This document shows, piece after piece, positions 63,041-64,000 of a stretch of 64,000 bases of DNA (positions within the stretch are counted from its first letter, which is position 1; each line of letters begins with the position of its first letter). The notes below the pieces were generated by a model. It was not told where the DNA came from. It searched no databases and saw only the letters and a program-made list of their open reading frames with translations. The translations under genes were made by a program, and so were the position numbers. Source of the DNA: Bacteroidota bacterium (GTDB taxonomy: Bacteria > Bacteroidota > Ignavibacteria > Kryptoniales > JAKASW01). Location of the stretch: positions 6,620 through 70,619 of the forward strand of contig JAJYRM010000005.1 of NCBI GenBank assembly GCA_021794075.1, written 5' to 3'.

Positions 63041-64000
63041 TCAATATGAGCCTAGTTGCGTCGAAGAGCCACTTCCGTAAGCTGTAAGCTCACCGGCGTA
63101 ATAGTCTTTGTCCTGACCGACCATCTCATACTTGACAACGCCGCCTGGAACGTTCGCCGCCCTGAAGAGACGCAGAGTCATGCCAGGCGCGACCCCGAAC
63201 TCAAGCTGATCGCACGAGAATGTGCCAGCAGGGACTTTTACCTCTACGCCCTTCTTAACGACAGCGCCCTCGATCGATTCAGGAGTAAGCTGAGTGGGGC
63301 TCGTGTACCACCCTTCCGAGACCGGCACTTCTTTGGGGGCGTCGCCGCCGAATTTCTGTCTCATGCGCCTGATAGATTCATGCTTGGCGCTGAAGAGGAC
63401 CTCCATCATCATGGAATCCTTATCCGGAGATACAAAATCAACCTGCCACCATTCCTGCCCGTTGGGGAGCTTGGTGAGGAAGGCTTTTCTGGTAGCATAT
63501 TCCTTGTCACCGTTTGACGAGATTTGCCATTGCGTAAACTGGCCCTGGTCGTATGCTCCTAAATCCAAACTGTAGCCGTACGCGTTGAATACGTATTGGA
63601 ACAGTATCGGATAGAGCCTCGCGCCCATCATAGCAAACGAATTGCCGCTTCCGCTCGCCGGAGCGGCGCCTTCACTGGCTACGCTTCCGCCGGCCGGTGG
63701 CGCTGCTGCCGCCGCGTAGTTTGCAGTAAGCGTCTTGCCTCCGTCGGCAGGCATCGACACATTATACGACGCTATCATGTTGTCCTGGTACCTAACCATG
63801 ATGTAATACGGCCCGACATCGGAAAAATTTAACTTTGCTATGCCTGTCGAGTCGACGGTTACGGTTTCGCCGCTGCTGCAGCTGACCACCGCGCCGATAA
63901 GCGGAGTATTGCTTGGACCACGCACTTCGATGTTCATCGAAAACAAGTGCAGGCCCATCATGTTCATGCCGAAACATCCACCGCAACCTGACGTCGTAGC
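63041..64000 (-). CDS. Hypothetical exported protein (5' end outside window): beta-sandwich N-domain, Ala/Gly/Pro/Ser linker, unknown C-domain
   Basis: The frame stays open upstream of Met 63967 to the window edge (…ATTSGCGGCFG MNMM…), so a lipobox-like TSGC may belong to the signal peptide. I recognised no family. Confidence 0.55.
   Translation of the reverse strand, partial: ATTSGCGGCFGMNMMGLHLFSMNIEVRGPSNTPLIGAVVSCSSGETVTVDSTGIAKLNFSDVGPYYIMVRYQDNMIASYNVSMPADGGKTLTANYAAAAAPPAGGSVASEGAAPASGSGNSFAMMGARLYPILFQYVFNAYGYSLDLGAYDQGQFTQWQISSNGDKEYATRKAFLTKLPNGQEWWQVDFVSPDKDSMMMEVLFSAKHESIRRMRQKFGGDAPKEVPVSEGWYTSPTQLTPESIEGAVVKKGVEVKVPAGTFSCDQLEFGVAPGMTLRLFRAANVPGGVVKYEMVGQDKDYYAGELTAYGSGSSTQLGSY

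Noticed and set aside
1-64000. A search for CRISPR arrays, IS elements or transposases, integrases, phage genes, toxin-antitoxin pairs, and rRNA or tRNA genes.
   Set aside because: I recognised none. There are no regularly spaced repeats, no DDE/tyrosine-recombinase-like ORFs and no terminal inverted repeats. The window looks like stable chromosome rather than a mobile island.

Overview
This is a 64-kb chromosomal window with about 55 protein-coding genes, most of them on the minus strand. I recognised no rRNA, tRNA, CRISPR array, transposase or integrase. The gene content points to an FCB-superphylum organism, possibly Ignavibacteria- or Bacteroidota-like, but this is an inference, not a taxonomic assignment. 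The supporting genes are the rplM-rpsI-rpsB-tsf-pyrH-frr block, a propeller protein with a T9SS C-terminal sorting tail, a DUF3857/transglutaminase lipoprotein, a glutaminyl-cyclase-like M28 lipoprotein, and signal peptides cleaved in front of Gln. Most of the window is housekeeping: translation factors, upp, ilvE, ribH, uvrB, prmA, rsmB, ppx and cysteine desulfurase. Sensory genes are interspersed: one OmpR-type two-component pair, two sigma54 enhancer-binding proteins, two large orphan PAS hybrid kinases, one Crp/Fnr regulator, and a cNMP-binding protein next to a universal stress protein. The stand-out region is 13.0-20.6 kb. It is a tightly packed seven-gene minus-strand operon carrying 42 haem-attachment motifs by my count. 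The order is a DksA/TraR-like zinc finger, then a 19-haem c-type cytochrome fused to an FdnI/HydC-type cytochrome b membrane domain, then a second DksA/TraR-like zinc finger. These are followed by a secreted tetrahaem cytochrome, a predicted outer-membrane beta-barrel, a secreted 14-haem cytochrome and a 5-haem lipoprotein cytochrome. It reads as a complete inner-membrane-to-surface electron conduit, using porin-cytochrome logic plus a CbcL-like quinol oxidase, in a lineage and gene arrangement I do not recognise as a described system. A pseudo-receiver, a sensor kinase, an NtrC-type regulator and a thioredoxin-like lipoprotein lie next to it. Secondary points of interest: (1) an acetate kinase followed by a catalytically degenerate acetate-kinase paralogue, in a putative sigma54/XylR-controlled operon with a well-organised upstream region; (2) a serine-palmitoyltransferase-like plus GNAT-like plus polytopic-membrane gene set, which is a candidate amino-/sphingolipid locus; (3) an exported GH3/beta-lactamase-fold fusion enzyme. 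All calls rest on motif recognition by eye in the supplied translations. No database search was run. I refined start codons manually and they may be off by a few codons.
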